This document shows positions 1 through 13,924 of a DNA stretch of 64,000 nucleotides, piece by piece. The notes beneath the pieces were generated by a model, which was not told the DNA's origin, searched no databases, and was given only the letters and a program-made list of their open reading frames with translations. Source of the DNA: Octopus sinensis (taxonomy: Eukaryota); the NCBI RefSeq assembly GCF_006345805.1, contig NC_042997.1:26412001-26476000 (forward strand). Direction: 5' to 3'. Position numbers and translations under genes: made by a program. Position 1 is the first letter of the stretch; every line of letters starts with the position of its first letter.

Positions 1-32
<32 letters not shown>

Positions 33-151
33 CAACACACACACACACAAAGGATTTTTCGTGCATTTCCATAAAATCGCATTCTTTTTGCATTTTATTT
101 AGCTGGATTATTGCAACTATATCTAATTACCTTCTAGTTTCTTCCTTCTGC

Positions 152-321
152 GTATATGTATGCATGTATGTATGTGTGTGTGTGTGTGTGTGTGCGTGCG
201 CACGCGTGTGTGTATGTAGCTTTATTTTGTATATATTTATGTATGTACTTATGTATGTTCGAGCATGTGTATTTATGTGTATTCAAATACATGCAAAGAT
301 TGTACATATATACATACATGC

Positions 322-352
<31 letters not shown>

Positions 353-400
353 CATACATACATACATACATACATCCATACACACACACATAATTCGTAT
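152..400. repeat. Compound microsatellite (TG)n/(TATG)n/(TACA)n
   Basis: Direct reading; accounts for the ORFs at 134-451. Confidence 0.95.
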
Positions 401-1449
401 ATCTATCTATGTCTGAAGCTTTTACTGCTGCCGGCATCCACGGACTTCTAGTTGCTATATATAATAATACATGTTTGGTTTCGTAAAGCAGCAAATAGAC
501 ACAAATGAAAACATTGGATTTTAACAACAGAGATTTGTTGATTTTTCTATGAGTTATATCAATCGGAGTTGTTTGATGGCGCCAAGTAACAATAAAGTGT
601 CAAAACGGGGCGTTGTTTGAATGCATTTTCTCTGAAGCATTGCTACACAATGGCTATAAACGAGGAGAAAATACCTCATTGAATGCACACCAACGAATTT
701 TAAGTCATTGGAGATGGAAATGTGTGCAGTTCGGTAAAATTAAAATTAAAAAAAAAAAAACGTTCATGTCAGCCTAACTTGCGCTATAGCATGTTTATTA
801 TATTCTCCAAGGGTTAAGAAATCGTAATTGATATATCCAATATCCAAAATGCCTGCTAAAAAAAGAATGAGAAAAAACGATGGAGAGACTAAGAATAAGA
901 AAGAGAAAGAGGCAAAGAGACAGCAAATTAGATAGGGCAAGAGTGGAAGAGAAAAAGAGAAATTTGAATGTTTCATTTACCATTTTTTATTGTTGCGTGA
1001 GATAAAATTACTTCTTAGTAGTAAACAAATGTCACCATCAAGTGAATGCGAATATGATGATTAGGTAATTTAAAACAACCGACCAAAACAGAAAAGAAAA
1101 AGGAAAAATTTAAAAACTATTGGTTGTATATCGACTGATTTAGGAATTTCTGTTTCAGGATTATATTAAACTAGATTTGATTAACTTGGAAGGCTGCAGA
1201 AAGTGGATGGCTGTTTCATTATGCAAAACACAGAGTAAAGATACTGTTGGAACATAGAAGCGCTCATAATATCTTATCACTGAGTTTCTACAGTTATATA
1301 ATTAAGTAGATAAAAGCTAAATCACCCAGCCAGTTAGAATGCTTGTCTACAGTGGTTGACATTATGAGATTTGGTTATTCTTGACACCCATGTGAAGCAG
1401 TGCACGTTAAAGTGTAATGATAGCAGTCGCAATCGAATGCAGCGAGTAT

Positions 1450-1590
1450 ATATTGGTTTTAAAGTTTTGCTACAAGGCCAGTATTTTCTGGCATGGGTAA
1501 GGATGAAAGGTGGAAATTGAACTCAGAACGTAAAGACGGACGAAATGCCGCTAAGCACGCTTCCCGGCGTGCGAACGATTCTACCAGCTG
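1450..1590 (-). mobile_element. Degenerate SINE family A fragment
   Basis: Reverse complement resembles the SINE-A head (cagctggtagaatcgttcgcacgccggga...ttctgagttcaa). Confidence 0.65.
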
Positions 1591-1743
1591 GTATACATTT
1601 TATCGACTTCGTACTTCTGGACGAATGTCGAAACCAACGTGACGAATTTGAAGGTGGAACATTAGTCATAGCTAATCACCATGAAGCAATTCGTCGAATA
1701 TTACCTAGATTGGGCCAAACTGTCAAGCCTCATTATATAAATA

Positions 1744-2428
1744 CGAGCAAAACGCCCCCCGTCCAATGGACGGTGCTGAATCATATCTGCTGAATAAAAA
1801 GCAATCAGTGTTTTCTTTTCATTAAAAAAATAATTAAGCATGCATTTATTTCAATAAAAGTTTTGGTTTTGTTAAACTAAGTTAAGGCAAAAAAACTTCT
1901 TGAGAAACCAAATAGTCTTTCCTTCCTTCATGCTAAGTTTGAAGAAAATATCTCTTTCGCATCTTACGTTTTTTGGTCTCTTAAATATACTGCACTTTGT
2001 GACATTCTTTCAAGTCAGCCGGCTTTTTTTGCGCAAACTGCACGTGCATTTGTCTGGCGTACGCGTAGTATCGGTCGCAACAGCTGATGTACTTGCGCGT
2101 ACAAATGCACGTTCCCACGGCTTTATCTATAGCATTCTCACCTGGAATCGATTTTTGTAATTTTTTCAAGACTTATACACGCCCTGATACCCTCGGTATC
2201 TACATATTATTATATATATTTGTATATTTGTATATTATTATTATTATATATATATATATATATATCATTATTATATATATTTGTTATATTTATATTTGTA
2301 CTTGTCATTTTCGGTTTTGCAAAAAAACAAGTGCATCTTTAAGAGTTACTATGAGCGCAATCGGATAGAGGATGCCCGAGATCCTAGAAGAGACACACAG
2401 ACAGACAGAACGGATTTTATATAATAGA
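1744..2428 (-). mobile_element. Putative non-autonomous Helitron
   Basis: Minus-strand 5' end A|TCTATTATATAAAATCCGTTCTGTCTGTCTG like the other three Helitron-type elements here; candidate 3' end has hairpin CCGTCC-ATT-GGACGG then CTCG|T (non-canonical, so the 3' boundary is uncertain). Confidence 0.5.
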
Positions 2429-3597
2429 TGAAGATAGCAATATCATATTTGTACCACTTGTATACCACATACTTTGCATTACACTTTCAAAAACGATTGG
2501 AAATAACCTAAAGAAAATTTGTGTTCGTTTCTTTCCCACGTACTGAGCAATGATACATAGAGCTGATGGTCAGATCAAACCAAAACCGATATTTATTTTT
2601 ATTAATATTTATTGTTATTGTTGTTAGCTATTGTATTGTTCAACTTATGATGAAAGGATTATGAAAAAAATCTATTTTTTTATTATTATATATATTTGTT
2701 TTATTTATCTTTGTACTTTTTATTTTCGGTTTTGCAAAAAAAAAAACAAAAAACAAGTGCATCTTTAAGAGTTACTTTCAACTCAATTAACTTTTTCCTC
2801 AAAACGAACATCCTCATCACCATCACCATCACCACCAAAACCACCACCACCACCACCACCATCACCATCAGCAGCAGCAGCAACCACATCAACATCATCA
2901 TCATCAACAACAACAGGGGCAATGAATATAAATAATTAAAACAAAAGACCGGAAGGAAAACGAAAAGAAAATATGAAAAGAAAAAAAGAAAATATGTCGA
3001 AAAAAATCCAAGAATAGAAAGAAACAAATTAAAAGTATTTCGTTAATTAATTAATTTATGACTTTTAATTGTGAAAATTTCAAAGAACATTGGAGATATT
3101 GTTGCATTAGTACTTTTTAGTGATTTTTTCCATCTATTTATTTATTTATTTATTAACACGGTTTGTCAAAGTTTCATTTTTATGACTTTTATCTTTACTT
3201 ACAGCATCTTTTTTTTCTTTTTAACAAATTCCAGTAATTATTTATTTGATAATGTTATAGTGACAAATAAAAATTAGGAATGACCTAAATAAGAGATACG
3301 GTTTCAATTTACTGTTGGTACAGTTTCCTTTCGCTGGCGCTTTTTCTGAAACGAGTTGAATTAGTGCTCTTAACGAAGGCAGGTGTAGAATATCACCATC
3401 TGACAATGATGAGATTCTATATCGACAAGTCAATGTCAGCGGGGAATACATTTGCGAGGAAGGAAATGGGGTTTATTCGTAACGCTTGCAAAGGAGTAAT
3501 TCTATTAAATCTATCGAAATAGTCTTGGCATGACGACCCAGACATTAATTTTCACACAGTGTATCTAAAAATACATTATCCACCACATAAAATGTAA

Positions 3598-3994
3598 TCT
3601 TTATATATAAAAGAGAGGTTGTGTGTCTGTCTCCTACGATTTAGATTCCTAACTACTCCCACATTTTGCAGTGCAGTTTAACCAAAACCGAGTATCTTAT
3701 AGTCGTGATTCATATCGAGCCCTTTTGGGTATTAGAGCGCGTCTACGATGAGTCTACTATTTAAAAAATAATTTACCATAATTTTTACCATTTTAATGCA
3801 TTTTTTCACTGTTATATAAGGGAAGTAACTCTCTAAAAATGTCTACGATGAAGTCAACGATTTAAAAAAAATTTACCATAATTTTTTTTCCATTTTTAAT
3901 GCATTTTCTTACTATTTTTTGGCTATAACTCTCTAAAATTGCTAATATAGTTATTTCCCTTACAAACCCGAGCAACGCCGGGCGATACTGCTAG
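3598..3994 (+). mobile_element. Non-autonomous Helitron
   Basis: A|TC 5' end (TCTTTATATATAAAAG), 3' hairpin CCCGAGCAACGCCGGG followed by GATACTG-like spacer and CTAG|T; no TSD; internal ~100-bp direct repeat. Confidence 0.85.
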
Positions 3995-4144
3995 TGTAAT
4001 ATAAAAAATGTCTTTAACTTTTAGATTTAGTAAACCAAGCGACTATATTAAGGTTACTAGTTGGTGCATAGTATCAGGTCATTTATAATGGTAACAGGGT
4101 TGTAAAGTATGCATTAATGTAAAAATGCCATGATTTCAACTTCC

Positions 4145-4304
4145 GGCTGCGGCTGCGTGGTAAGTAGTTTGCTTACCAACCACATGGTTCCGGGTTCAGT
4201 CCCACTGCGTGGCACCATGGGCAAGTGTCTACTATTATAGCCTCGGGCCGACCAAGGCTTTGTGAGTGGATTTGGTAGACGGAAACTGAAAGAAGCCCGT
4301 CGTA

Positions 4305-4401
<97 letters not shown>

Positions 4402-4622
4402 GTATGCGTTTGTGTGTCTGTGTTTGTCCTCCCAACATCGCTTGATAACCGATGCTGGTGTGTTACGTCCCCGTAACTTAGCGGTTCGGCAAAGTGACCG
4501 ATAGAATAAAGTACTAGGCTTACAAAGAATAAGTTCTGGGGGTCGATTTGCTCGACTAAAGGCGGTGCTCCAACATGGCCACAGTAGTCAAATGACTGAA
4601 TCAAGTAAAAGAGTTAAAGAGT
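4145..4622 (+). mobile_element. tRNA-derived SINE family B (CORE-like) with internal (TA)n(TG)n
   Basis: Head gtggtaagtag...ggttcagtccc (pol III boxes), CORE-like ggcaccatgggcaagtg, internal microsatellite, tail aagtaaaagagt; many copies in window. Confidence 0.9.
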
Positions 4623-4791
4623 ATCATTTTACTGAAAAGATGCTCGCGAATGGAGAAAGCTAACTGTACAACGTGTAATTTCAGATGTCAATACCTAATT
4701 GATCACCTTTATAGCAAGAGAACAAGCCGTCTTCGTAGTCCGTTCAAGACTGATGTGATTCATGCGGTTGATGCTCATTTTAGGTAGTAGT

Positions 4792-5184
4792 GGAAGCGCA
4801 ATGGCCCAGTGGTTAGGGCAGCGGACTCGCGGTCATAGGATCGCGGTTTCGATTCCCAGACCGGGCGTTGTGAGTGTTTATTGAGCGAAAACACCTAAAA
4901 GCTCCACGAGGCTCCGGCAGGGGATGGTGGTGATCCCTGCTGTACTCTTTCACCACAACTTTCTCTCACTCTTACTTCCTGTTTCTGTTTTACCTGTATT
5001 TCAAAGGGCCGGCCTTGTCACTCTCTGTGTCACGCTGAATATCCCCGAGAACTACGTTAAGGGTACACGTGTCTGTGGAGTGCTCAGCCACTTACTCGTT
5101 AATTTCACGAGCAGGGTGTTCCGTTGATTCGGATCAACCGGAACCCTCGTCGTCGTAACCGACGGAGTGCTTCCATTCCATTCC
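4792..5184 (+). mobile_element. tRNA-derived SINE family C, tail type 1
   Basis: Head tggcccagtggttaggg...ggtttcgattccc (A/B boxes); tail ccgacggagtgcttcca(ttcca)n; homologs at 32248 and 56483. Confidence 0.9.
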
Positions 5185-5591
5185 AGGTAGCTGTAATTTA
5201 CCCCGAACACTCTCTTGTGAATCTTTCATATTAACTGCATTCTGACATGCCACCTTGATGATTGATAATACTTAATGAAAATTTATGGACTCTTTTCGAG
5301 AAGTTTTGCTATTTGAGTTCGAGAAAATATTCGTTTGTAATGGGGGCCTCGTCCATTCAAACATATTTCCGTGTCTCCTAAAAGACAATTACACTGGAAA
5401 TAGACTGGAGTAATTTTAAAGATATTTGCCTTTGAGTTCGACCCAATGACTTGCTAATAAATCCTGTCTCACAAAAATAAATGAAAAAGCAAAATGGTAC
5501 CTTTGATGAATGTATATCACATAACTTTTAAAATTTCCCATTGGCGACATATGGTTTAAAAGTAAAATATCATGATATTAACTTTTGTTAA

Positions 5592-6190
5592 GGCGGCGAG
5601 CTGGCAGAAACGTTAGCACGCCGGGCGAAATGCTTAGCGGTATTTCGTCTGCCGTTACGTTCTGGGTTCGAATTCCGCCGAGGTCGACTTTGCCTTTCAT
5701 CCTTTCGGGGTCGATAAATTAAGTACCAGTTACACACTGGGATCGATGTAATCGACTTAATCCTTTTGTCTGTCCTTGTTTGTCCCCTCTATGTTTAGCC
5801 CCTTGTGGGTAATAAAGAAATAGGTATTTCGTCTGCCGCTACGTTCTGAGTTCAATTCCGCCGAGGTCGACTTTGCCTTTCATCCTTTCGGGGTCGATAA
5901 ATTAAGTACCAGTTACACACTGGGATCGATGTAATCGACTTAATCCGTTTGTCTGTCCTTGTTTGTCCCCTCTGTGTTTAGCCCCTTGTGGGTAATAAAG
6001 AAATAGGTATTTCGTCTGCCGCTACGTTCTGAGTTCAAATTCCGCCGAGGTCGACTTTGCCTTTCATCCTTTCGGGGTCGATTAAATAAGTACCAGTTAC
6101 GCACTGGGGTCGATGTAATCGACTTAATCCCTTTGTCTGTCTTTGTTTGTCCTCCCTGTGTTTAGCGCCTTGTGGCTAGTAAAGAAATAG
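5592..6190 (+). mobile_element. SINE family A trimer (one head + three ~183-bp units)
   Basis: Head ggcgagctggcagaaacgttag, B-box gttcgaattcc; unit restarts GGTATTTCGTC near 5639, 5822 and 6006; central gcctttcatcctttcggggtcgataaa resembles the Meta-domain class of SINE cores (from memory). Confidence 0.92.
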
Positions 6191-7572
6191 ATATTAATTT
6201 TTGTTAGCAATTAAATATCAAATCAATTGTCATCATTCCTGTATCTAATTGTAAACAAGTGTTATCAGGTCTCAGATAAACAACACGGCTAAAACTTCAT
6301 GAAATATAATATCACAACTTGCGTAAAGATTATCGTCGGTATACAAAAGCAAAGAAATCAAACTCGTTTGCCAAGGCGGGCTTCTTTGAAGTATAAACGA
6401 AGTTTCACGGGTGGGATAAGGACAAATATTCTTAAAACCCATAATTTTAGTGTAGCCCAAAATAAATAAAGTGATTAATATATATATTATCTACAACAAC
6501 TATATTAGTAATAAATTATTGTTTATGAAGTCTATGAGATGTTAGAAATGTTTGTATGCAGGGGTGTTTGGGGAAACTCATCCACTAAATATATTAAGTC
6601 TTATCAAGTAAGAGTCTAAATTAGGTAGAAATTGTCCAAATGAATGCATACAGGGCTTGAGAAAATAAATGCTTGATTGAAAGGCTGCACTCCTTCAGTT
6701 TCAAAATCTTCATTATCTTACATATCAGTACAATCCATTCGGACGTAAGCGTGCGTGAATAAACTAAGAAAAAATAAAACAAAACAAATTTTCATTTTGG
6801 CTTGGCATGTGTATACAAGGTGAAGGGAATATAGGTCTCATCTTTTATCTTATGGATTCATTAGCTTCTTGAGACAAACATTACTTGAGAGAAACATTTT
6901 CAAAGGTGCACTGATTTGATTAATAACAACAAATAACGATTCTAGTCGTGTTCTGATACCGGTCACATGCGAGCGGTATATTCAGGTTACAAAATATTAA
7001 AAAAATTAATAACGATAATAGTTTCTTAAAAAATTAACAGTGCTGGAGTGTGGACTAAATGTTACTACAGGTTGCATCCAGCCTGCGAACCGTATGTTTG
7101 ACAACCCTGGACTAGAGTGTCCCGAGAACATTTTGGAACGTCAGGTCTGCAACAATATCGAGTATAATGCATTTATGAACTGGTCGCACCGAAAATTCGT
7201 ATGATCATGAACGAAACGCCACGCTAATGTGAATTCGCCCCATTGCATAACTGAAAAGCTATGGGAAACATTCATTACTGTCTTATAAGGCACCATACTT
7301 GAGTTAAGGTGTGCCTGCTCATATATCTTGACGAACACATTTCTCTTTTTTGTTTTTTGTTTATCGTTGTTGTTATTGCTTGTACGAATATTGATATGGT
7401 TGATACTTACGTTAGAATTGCGTCAACATACGTGTACTACTGTTGATAATGTGTTTATTTTTTCGTTTAGTAAGAAATCAACCTAAATCGAAAAAATTTA
7501 TGATGAAGGCGTCTCAGCCATTTCGAGTAGATCACATGATCATATAAAAGTTTCTTATCCTTTCCCTTTTAG

Positions 7573-7618
7573 TGATGCTGTCGATGAGGCCCTCTCTCGT
7601 ACGATCATTGCAGAAACT
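7573..7618 (+). CDS. Candidate 46-nt micro-exon (xDAVDEALSRTIIAET)
   Basis: Strong acceptor tttcttatcctttcccttttag, open frame, donor gtaaac; no homology evidence. Confidence 0.25.
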
Positions 7619-7676
7619 GTAAACATTTAACTTTTGTTGAGTTAGTTTTGCATTTATTGTAGTTTATTGTCAGATA

Positions 7677-7838
7677 GGCGCAGGAGTGGCCGTGTGGTAA
7701 GTAGATTGCTTATCAACGACATGGTTCCGGGTTCATTCCCGCTGCGTGGCATCTTGAGCAAGTGTCTTCTATTATATCCACGGGCCGACCAAAGCCCTGT
7801 GAGAGGATTTGGTAGACGGAAACGGAAGGAAGCCCGTC

Positions 7839-7890
<52 letters not shown>

Positions 7891-8136
7891 ATGTATGTAT
7901 ATATGTATGTGTGAGTATATGTTTGTGTGTCTGTGTTTGTCCACCACCATCGCTTGACAATCGATTGTGGTGTGTTTACGTCCCCGTAACTTAGCGGTTC
8001 GGCAAAAGAGACCGATAGAATAAGTACTAGGCTTACAAGGAATATGTACCGGGGTCGATTTGCTCGACTAAAGGCGGTGCTCCACCATGGCCGCAGTCAA
8101 CTGACTGAAACATTAAGAGAGTAAAGAGTAAGGAGT
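7677..8136 (+). mobile_element. SINE family B
   Basis: Full-length homolog of 4145-4622 with internal (TA)n. Confidence 0.9.
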
Positions 8137-8199
8137 AGATTATTGTAACATCAAGCTGTATGCGCTGATCTTCGTTTCTTGCGACTCAACATTTCACCG

Positions 8200-8580
8200 A
8201 AGAAGACGGCGAACTAGCAGAATCGTTACCGTAGCGGAAACATGCTTACCGACATTTTTTTTCGACTTCAAGTCCTCAGTTCAAATGCGGCCTTTCATAC
8301 TAAAATTGATATCAGTTGAACACTGAGACTGATGTAATCGATTTACCTGCTCCCCCGAATGTGCTGGCCTTGTGTCAAAATTTGAAATCAATATTTCACC
8401 GAAGAAGGAGTAAATCAGCAGAATCGGGAGAGCAGTAGCCGAAACCCATATGCGTTATTTAATTACGTCTCTTTATGTTCGAAGTTCAAATCTCGCTATG
8501 AACGACATTAACTTTCATGGTCCTGAGATCGATAAAATGAATACTAGCAAAATATTACAGCCTATATAATCGAATGGTAT
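8200..8580 (+). mobile_element. Old degenerate SINE-A-like copies
   Basis: ggcgaactagcagaatcgttacc... and aatcagcagaatcggg...gaagttcaaatctc resemble the SINE-A head. Confidence 0.5.
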
Positions 8581-8959
8581 CCTTCTTATTAAATTTACAC
8601 CCCTGTGTTTTTTTTTATACAAATCAATATTAATCGAAGTTAATAAAACAAAATTGCATTAATAGTTTATAGAAGAAAAATCCAAGGTAATCGGAGTACG
8701 TAATTAAATTTTCATTCATGCGTGGAAAATGTTCGCTTTACTCATGTATATCCGAAATGTCGTGTGAAAACGAATGAAAGATGCGACGTCTTCAACCACC
8801 TTCGCATTTGCCAATTTGTGACAAAATCGATCATAATTTATAATTTGGTATAATATATCATTTAAAATTCAATATCCAATCGCCAGATGACTATTCAGCG
8901 GTAAACGTGGAATGTTATCGATGGTTAATTATGAAACAATCAGTAAATCAACCAGTAAA

Positions 8960-9655
8960 TCAATCAGTTGTGTATGTATGTATGTATGTATGTGTGTGTA
9001 TGTGTGTGTATGTGTGTATGTGTTTATGTTTGTGTATGTATATGCATGTGTGGATGTATGGATGTATGTATGTATTTATGTGTGTATGTGTGTGTATGTG
9101 TGTGTATGAATGTATTTGGGCGTGCGCGCGTCTGAACTGAAGAGTAAACAGGAGAGATTTCATATTAGAGATTGAGATTTAAAAATAATTATCTATCTAT
9201 CTATCCATCTATCTATCTATCTGTCTGTCTGTCTATATATGATACACACACATACACAGACACACGCACGCACACACACACAGACACACGCACACACACA
9301 TACACACTCAAACACACATCTCATACACACACATTCACAAACACACATACACACACACACACACACACATATATGTATTTATGTGTGTATGTGTATATGT
9401 GTGTGTATATATATATATAAATATCCACATATAAATATAAATATGTATATATATATACGTACATATAAATATATATACGTATATATATATATATATATAT
9501 ATATAAATATGTGTGCGTTTGTGTGTGTCTGTGTGTGTATGTGTTTGTGAGTGTGTGTGTGCGAGATGTTTGTTTGTGTGTGTGTGTGTGTGCGTGTGTG
9601 TGTGTGTGTGTGTGTGCGTGTGTGTGTGTGTGTGCGTGTGTGTGCGTGCGTGTGA
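8960..9655. repeat. Compound microsatellite block (TG, TATG, TCTA, CA, TA)
   Basis: Direct reading. Confidence 0.95.
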
Positions 9656-10055
9656 AACATTAGCACGCCGGGCGAAATGCTTAGCAGTATTTCGTCTGCC
9701 GCTATGTTCTGAGTTCAAATTACGCCGAGGTCGACTTTGCCTTTCATCCTTTCGGGGTCGATTAAATAAGTGTCAGCTACGCACTGGGGTCGATATAATC
9801 GACTTAATCCATTTGTCTGTCCTTGTTCGGCCCTTCTGTGTTTAGCCCCTTGTGGGTAGTAAAGAAATAGGTATTTTGTCTGCCGTTACGCTCTGAGCTC
9901 AAATTCCGCCGAGGTCAACTTTGCCTTTCATCCTTTCGGGGTTGATAAATTAAGTACCAGTTTACGCACTGGGATCGATATAATCGACTTAATCAGTTTT
10001 TCTGTCCTTGTTTGTCCTCTCTGTGTCTAGTCCTTTCTGGGCAATAAAGAAATAA
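9655..10055 (+). mobile_element. SINE family A dimer
   Basis: Head gaaacattagcacgccgggcg; second unit begins at junction aaagaaataggtattttgtc near 9870. Confidence 0.9.
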
Positions 10056-10811
10056 GAAGTTTGCTTCCCAAGCATAAGGTTCTGTGTTCAGCGTCCTCTG
10101 GGTCAATAAAAACCTTGAGAATGGATTTGGTAGAAGTAAACTAGGTCGATCAAAATCTTGACGATGGATTTGGTAGAAGGAAATTGACAGAAGCCTATCA
10201 AGTCACTTCAAATGCGTTTCAGAATCTTCCAGTTCAGGGTCGTCAGAGGATTCAAAGACTCTGGTATTTGAATATACCGTCTGATTCTTCCTCGTCAGTT
10301 AACTAGTCATCTATATACTCTTACTTAAGCTCGTTCAGGAAATTTATCTGGAACGTCTACAAGATGCACACGCCTGTGAACTCTTCACCGTTCCGGAGCA
10401 AAATGGGCCTCTTTTCATGTGTTCTGGATATATTTGCTTTAGACATATTTCCCTTCATTCAAGGCTCTTCACGTATTTATATCGGGCGCTTTTCTCAAGT
10501 GTTTCACCTCCATTCGTTCTTGAGATATGTCCTTGCGAAAACCACTAAAGCACACGTTATTTTTTGTCAGCTCAAAAAGTACACACTGCAGTGTTGCACA
10601 GTAATGCTGATGACGTGCTAAGTGACACTGATGATGGCTGTATCATTAGTTCTGATACTTTTGTTCGATCGCTTATATATCAGGCAGTATAAACCTATGA
10701 GGATAAATATTGCACAAATCGCCTCATACAGGGACTATTATCTATATACGTACATATGTGTGTGCGTATATCTGTATGTCTACACGTATGTATGCATGTA
10801 TGTATGTACGT

Positions 10812-10918
10812 ATCGAGGCTATAGCAGAAGACTCTTGGTCAAGGTTCCACGCAGTAGGACGGAACCCAGAACCATGCGGTCAGGAAGCAAACTTCTTACC
10901 ACACAGCCACGCCTGCGT
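10812..10918 (-). mobile_element. SINE family B head fragment
   Basis: Reverse complement gcaggcgtggctgtgtggtaagaagtttgcttcc. Confidence 0.75.
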
Positions 10919-10954
10919 TAATACACACACATACCTACACACACACTAACTTCC

Positions 10955-11137
<183 letters not shown>

Positions 11138-11460
11138 TTACAGATATAGGGTGAAATATAATTAATTTAATAAAATCAACAAATTTCACCTAGTAGTATT
11201 TCGGTATGGAAAAGGACCATATTCGGTAAAAATTTTTTAAAGGAAATGAACCTTACGATTCTAATCCAGAAACGTACGTCCATAATTAATCCGAAGACTG
11301 TGATTTCATTGTTTTTCTTCTTTTTTTGACATATGTGAGTTACAAATATTGTTGTCTGTGGAGACTTACTTTTGTAGTAAAAGGAAATAGTAGTCTTTTG
11401 GCTGCTATTTCTAATATTTTCGGCATGTGGTTTAAGCAACTTGTTGCAAAAAACTCTTAT

Positions 11461-11517
<57 letters not shown>

Positions 11518-12626
11518 TGTGTGCGTGTGTGTGTGTGTGTTAGAAGAAATAAGGTACTCAGAAATCTGGATGGTTTTATATTTACAGAATTTTATAAATA
11601 TGCCAGGTTTTATAAATCATATATATTAGCGCTTGCGTCTACTCATATAGACTCTTCAGTTTTGAATGTGTTTGGGATGACTCTTCTCTGTTTATAGTAT
11701 TATTGAGAGTGGGGTTGGGGAGAGATATAGGATAGTAAAAGAGGGTGAGGAATGGGGAGAAAGTGAGAGAAAGTGTGTGTGTTTTTATATGTGTGTGTGT
11801 GTGTATATTTTGATATATAGACAGATATAGATACAGACATATAGATATGGATATGTGTGTCTGTGTGTGTGTGTGCATGTGTGTGTGTGTGTGTGTGTGT
11901 GAACACACGTTTGTTCAGGATCGAATGTAAGCTATAGATCTAGGCAGGAGATGGCGTTTGTATAGAATAGGAAAACGGATGGAGTTTAAATATTCACAAC
12001 AGCTGTTTCAGCAGAATTACTTTTATTGATGAATAGATCAATTGCAGCAATTATATACATGCATGTATGTATGTATGTATGTATGTATGTATGTATGTAT
12101 GTATGTATGTATGTATGTATGTATGTATGTATGTATGTATGTATGTATGTATGTATGCCTGTATTATTTGAATAAAACAAAGTTTCACTTTTTATAATAG
12201 CTAAATATTTCTAATTTCTATCGATATATTTGTAAATAGAAGTACAAAATTATATTTTCAGCTATCACATCTTTTCAAATAACGGTTTTGCTACAAAAAT
12301 ATGAGTGTACGTTTTCACAAGATAGATTTTACAAGGAAAATTTTACAAGTAAAGACATATTACCGAAATATTTTTGCTTACGAAACATTTTCCGTATATT
12401 AAAAAAAAGTCTATACAGAAAAAAAAAGATATCCTTCCGTATAAAAAGCGTTTTACTGAATAAAATTTTAGTGCACATTATACAAAAAAAAAAGAATAAA
12501 AGAAGAAGTTTTGCAGAAGGAAAAACCGCATTTTATTACAGTTAAACATTATTTAAAGTGTCACGCAATACATTTAGTTCTATGATAAATGAATAGCATA
12601 AGATGTGGATTCATAGAATTTTGCAG

Positions 12627-12713
12627 CTGTCACAGAAAACTCATCTGACAGATTCGGTTATCAGTCTACTTAATAATATTCAGTTACCAAGAAGGAAAAT
12701 GTTGAGTATCCAC
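12627..12713 (+). CDS. Candidate exon (87 nt, LSQKTHLTDSVISLLNNIQLPRRKMLSIH, or 30 nt from 12684, xTKKENVEYP)
   Basis: Consensus donor CAC|gtaagt at 12714; acceptors ttttgcag (12626) and tattcag (12683); both lengths are multiples of 3 with an open frame. Confidence 0.25.
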
Positions 12714-13369
12714 GTAAGTGAAAATCTGGAGCGACGAAATTATTTCATGAGAAGAATATGAAAATATAAAGTCAGGTGACACGAAAGGTGTATGTATATT
12801 TATTTAACAACTTGTCCTCCATAGAGTTATGGCCGTTTCAAAACCTTCCTCATGTAATATTAATTTCAATATAGAAAACATTATGCAAGTGCCGATCATA
12901 CATATTAATATAAGCATGTGCCCATTATTTCTTCCGTGCCAAAATTAACGCTACAAGAATAACGAACGGCCGTAATCCCATGAAAGTAACATGATTAAAT
13001 AAATATATATTCACATATCACGCCTCCTGGCTTTATATTTGTTGGTGCATTATGTTAACTTTTACGAGAAATTTTCTAGTAATGATTTCGAAGTTTGGTT
13101 CAGTTGTTTTCACCATTTTCTATTAAAGAACAACAAAACTGTATTTCAACCACTCATAATATGCTTGAGCTCACTGACTGAAAGTTTTTTGGTCGACAAT
13201 GAAGCCCTTCTCTACATATGCACCAGAAATTGCAATACTGAGTGTCTCCGCGACGCTAACCTGAGCAAGTTTAAATTGCTCAAGCGGTGATATTCACTAC
13301 ATGAGTAAATTTACATGTATTACACATACATGTGGATACACATAGACGCGCACTCACGCATACGTATAA

Positions 13370-13649
13370 GAGGCGTCACAATCTTCTGCCCTGAGTTTTA
13401 TAGGGCCCCGTTATCCTGTTTCCATAGGGCCCCGTTATCCTGTTTCCGAGGTCACAACAACCTTCTTCTTAAACGGAGGCAAATACGTCGTAGAGTCGCA
13501 GGGTTACTCATTTATAGTTAAGTGAACTGAAGTAACATGAAATAACATGCTTTGCTTAAGAATATAACGCACCGCTCGGTACGGGAATTGAAACCATGAT
13601 ATTACGATTGTGAAAGTCACATCCTAACCACCTGGCTACGTGCCTTCAC
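13370..13649 (-). mobile_element. Degenerate tRNA-derived SINE family D
   Basis: Reverse complement gtgaaggcacgtagccaggtggttagg...ggtttcaattccc, similar to the head at 56806. Confidence 0.6.
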
Positions 13650-13924
13650 TTTCACACTCGCCACGTACATACATACATACATACATACATACATACATAC
13701 ATACATACATACATACATACACACACGCACACACGCACACAAACACAAACATACAAACATATGAAATTATTCCTATTAAAGCAGAGTATTGACAGTGTTA
13801 CACTTGACCACCATATCTTTAAATATCTGTACCTGGAATGTTTCTGTGCAAGACGCTAGGTAAAATTTATCTTCGAACGGAAAACAAACAGTTGAGCACA
13901 GAATCAAATCTCCTTTCATCACAA

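Noticed and set aside
4792-4870. SINE heads as tRNA genes
   Set aside because: A/B boxes are present but continue into SINE bodies; no complete cloverleaf with acceptor stem seen.
6300-6400. SFAKAGFFE resembling a BIR-domain motif
   Set aside because: Bounded by stops, with none of the other BIR residues.
7040-7120. hAT-like 3' terminus (gcctgcgaaccgtatgtttgacaaccctggactag)
   Set aside because: No matching 5' end or TSD found; too short to annotate.
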